Of a DNA stretch of 37,369 bases, positions 35,925-37,369 are shown in pieces. The position numbers and the translations under genes were made by a program. Origin of the DNA: Candidatus Heimdallarchaeota archaeon (lineage in GTDB: Archaea; Asgardarchaeota; Heimdallarchaeia; Heimdallarchaeales; Heimdallarchaeaceae); the NCBI GenBank assembly GCA_021399395.1, contig JAAFKJ010000163.1:1-37369 (forward strand), in the 5' to 3' direction. Each line of letters begins with the position of its first letter. Within the stretch, counting starts at the first letter, position 1. The notes beneath the pieces were generated by a model. That model saw only the letters and a list, made by a program, of their open reading frames with translations, was not told the origin of the DNA and did no database searches.

Positions 35925-37369
35925 ATGAATATCCTATATCTAATGATACCTGGAACTCTTCGTCCTTTACCTAAAAAAGTTAAAGAAGTAAAAACTGATG
36001 CAGACAAAATATTGAGAACAGTTGAATACGATATCAACAATACTAAAGAGATCTATGCAGATAGCTCTATTTTTACTTTTGAGGAAATCACTTCTCATTA
36101 TATTAGGGTTTTAGACCAATATTCATATCTCGTCCCCCTGACCAAAGAGGCTGATAAATTGGTTGACAAATACGTCAATGATTATCTCCTTAATCAGCTA
36201 GTTTACGGGCTATTTACTAGATTGGAAATGAATGAAAGAAGATTGAATGGTGATTTACAGCGTCTTGATACAATTCTCATGTCTAAGAGGAAGAAATACA
36301 TCGAAGAGATGATTCCCAGACTCAGAGATGAGATGAAGAGTAAACTATCCTTCATGAAAGATTTGTCTTTCGATGAAATCTTAGAAAAAGGGCAAATATA
36401 CGGGACAACAATAGGAGACATCGTTGGTAAGATCGGTACTATACGTGATGAATATCAAAAACTTGCAACAGGATCATTTGATGTTTCAGAGTTCTACTCT
36501 TATCTGGAAGAAAAACTCTTCAAAGTCGAAGAAGAGCTTGCTGAATATGAACTGATTTTACGCACTTGTAAGATGCAAATGCTTTCAGAAGAAGCAGAAC
36601 AGCTAATCGAAGAAGGTAACGTAATCAATAATGAATTTGAAATAGAACAAACAAGTGAGCTTGTGATCAAAGGAGATGAGTTCGTAAAGAAATCAGCTGA
36701 AAAATTATTAGAAATGGAGGAACTTAAGGTTACACTACCAAGAAAAGGTATAACAAAAGAATTCTCTAACAAATTTAAAGCACTCTCCTCACAGTATGAA
36801 ACACAAAAAATTAGTCTCTCTGGAATTACCAATGATCTAGGAAGTAAAACCATCAAATTATCATCTCAGATTGTCAGAATAAATGCAATCAAAGAAATTG
36901 CCGCTTCTGATGGAGAAGAAATTTTTGAAGTAATCGACATGTTAGATATTAAGAGAAAAGGTACATTCAAGACAGTTGTTCAAAACGGAGAATTTCCTGT
37001 ATTTGAAGTAAGTCCTTTAGGTAAATTGAAGATGCCTTTAGGAGTGGAAATAACTACCCCTATGATAGAAGAAGTTCTCAAAACTCTAGATGAAATTGAG
37101 CAAACTCCTGTTAAAGAAGATATTAAAAATCAATGGTCGACTTTCAAAGCGGGAGAAGTAACAGCTTCAGTTGGAAGAAAGCTGTCTCCTGCATGGAATA
37201 AAACAAAGGAAGTAACAAGTAAAACTGGCAAAGCAATAGGTAATTCAAGCAAAAAAGCATACACAGGTACCAAAAACTTTGTGGCTTCAACAGCTGAAAA
37301 AATGAAATCGAAAGAGGGAAAGGAAAAGAAAGAAAAAATTCCTAAAGAAAAGAAGAAAAAAGTTTCCGA
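35925..37369 (+). CDS. Hypothetical helical protein, cut by the window edge and absent from the ORF track
   Basis: Frame is open from ATG 35925 (or 35943) to the end, at least 481 codons: MNILYLMIPGTLRPLPKKVKEV...KEKKKKVS. Confidence 0.88.
   Translation, partial: MNILYLMIPGTLRPLPKKVKEVKTDADKILRTVEYDINNTKEIYADSSIFTFEEITSHYIRVLDQYSYLVPLTKEADKLVDKYVNDYLLNQLVYGLFTRLEMNERRLNGDLQRLDTILMSKRKKYIEEMIPRLRDEMKSKLSFMKDLSFDEILEKGQIYGTTIGDIVGKIGTIRDEYQKLATGSFDVSEFYSYLEEKLFKVEEELAEYELILRTCKMQMLSEEAEQLIEEGNVINNEFEIEQTSELVIKGDEFVKKSAEKLLEMEELKVTLPRKGITKEFSNKFKALSSQYETQKISLSGITNDLGSKTIKLSSQIVRINAIKEIAASDGEEIFEVIDMLDIKRKGTFKTVVQNGEFPVFEVSPLGKLKMPLGVEITTPMIEEVLKTLDEIEQTPVKEDIKNQWSTFKAGEVTASVGRKLSPAWNKTKEVTSKTGKAIGNSSKKAYTGTKNFVASTAEKMKSKEGKEKKEKIPKEKKKKVS

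Noticed and set aside
35868-35927. Readthrough fusion of rad50 (TGA) with the in-frame downstream ORF
   Set aside because: An in-frame TAA at 35895-35897 intervenes, and Rad50 is already complete.
107-36856. Short alternative-frame and antisense ORFs in the track (e.g. 16912-17280, 25526-25858, 28124-28447, 32057-32416, 36203-36421, 36500-36856)
   Set aside because: All lie within or opposite well-supported genes and show no recognisable motifs; they are shadow ORFs.

Overview
AT-rich archaeal chromosomal window, most likely from an Asgard archaeon (inference from GGTGA-type ribosome-binding sites, archaeal TATA promoters, geranylgeranyl reductase, a nurA-herA-mre11-rad50 operon and expanded membrane-anchored beta-helix proteins). 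Bases 1-14.6 kb hold two copies of a module made of a membrane-anchored winged-HTH regulator with an ectodomain followed by one or two ~790-aa NosD/CASH-type beta-helix surface proteins. All four promoters of these modules carry the same 11-bp-phased direct repeat (about WTGTCYCRAAA) just upstream of a weak TATA box, pointing to a ToxR/CadC-like transmembrane one-component regulon. A fused acyl-CoA dehydratase activase gene lies between the modules. Bases 14.8-19.4 kb are a co-oriented accessory patch (truncated C45 peptidase, gene stubs, alpha/beta hydrolase, HEPN-MNT, MBL hydrolase, transglutaminase-like) punctuated by four copies of an unannotated palindromic repeat. Next come two flavoproteins, two tandem secreted metallopeptidases, two hypotheticals, a GGR-family reductase and a VIT1/CCC1 protein. 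A convergent DNA methyltransferase/nuclease pair, both ending in PIP-box-like tails, precedes nurA-herA-mre11-rad50 and a long unlisted ORF running off the right edge. No rRNA, tRNA, CRISPR array, transposase or integrase was seen. All family assignments are by motif recognition; no database search was run.
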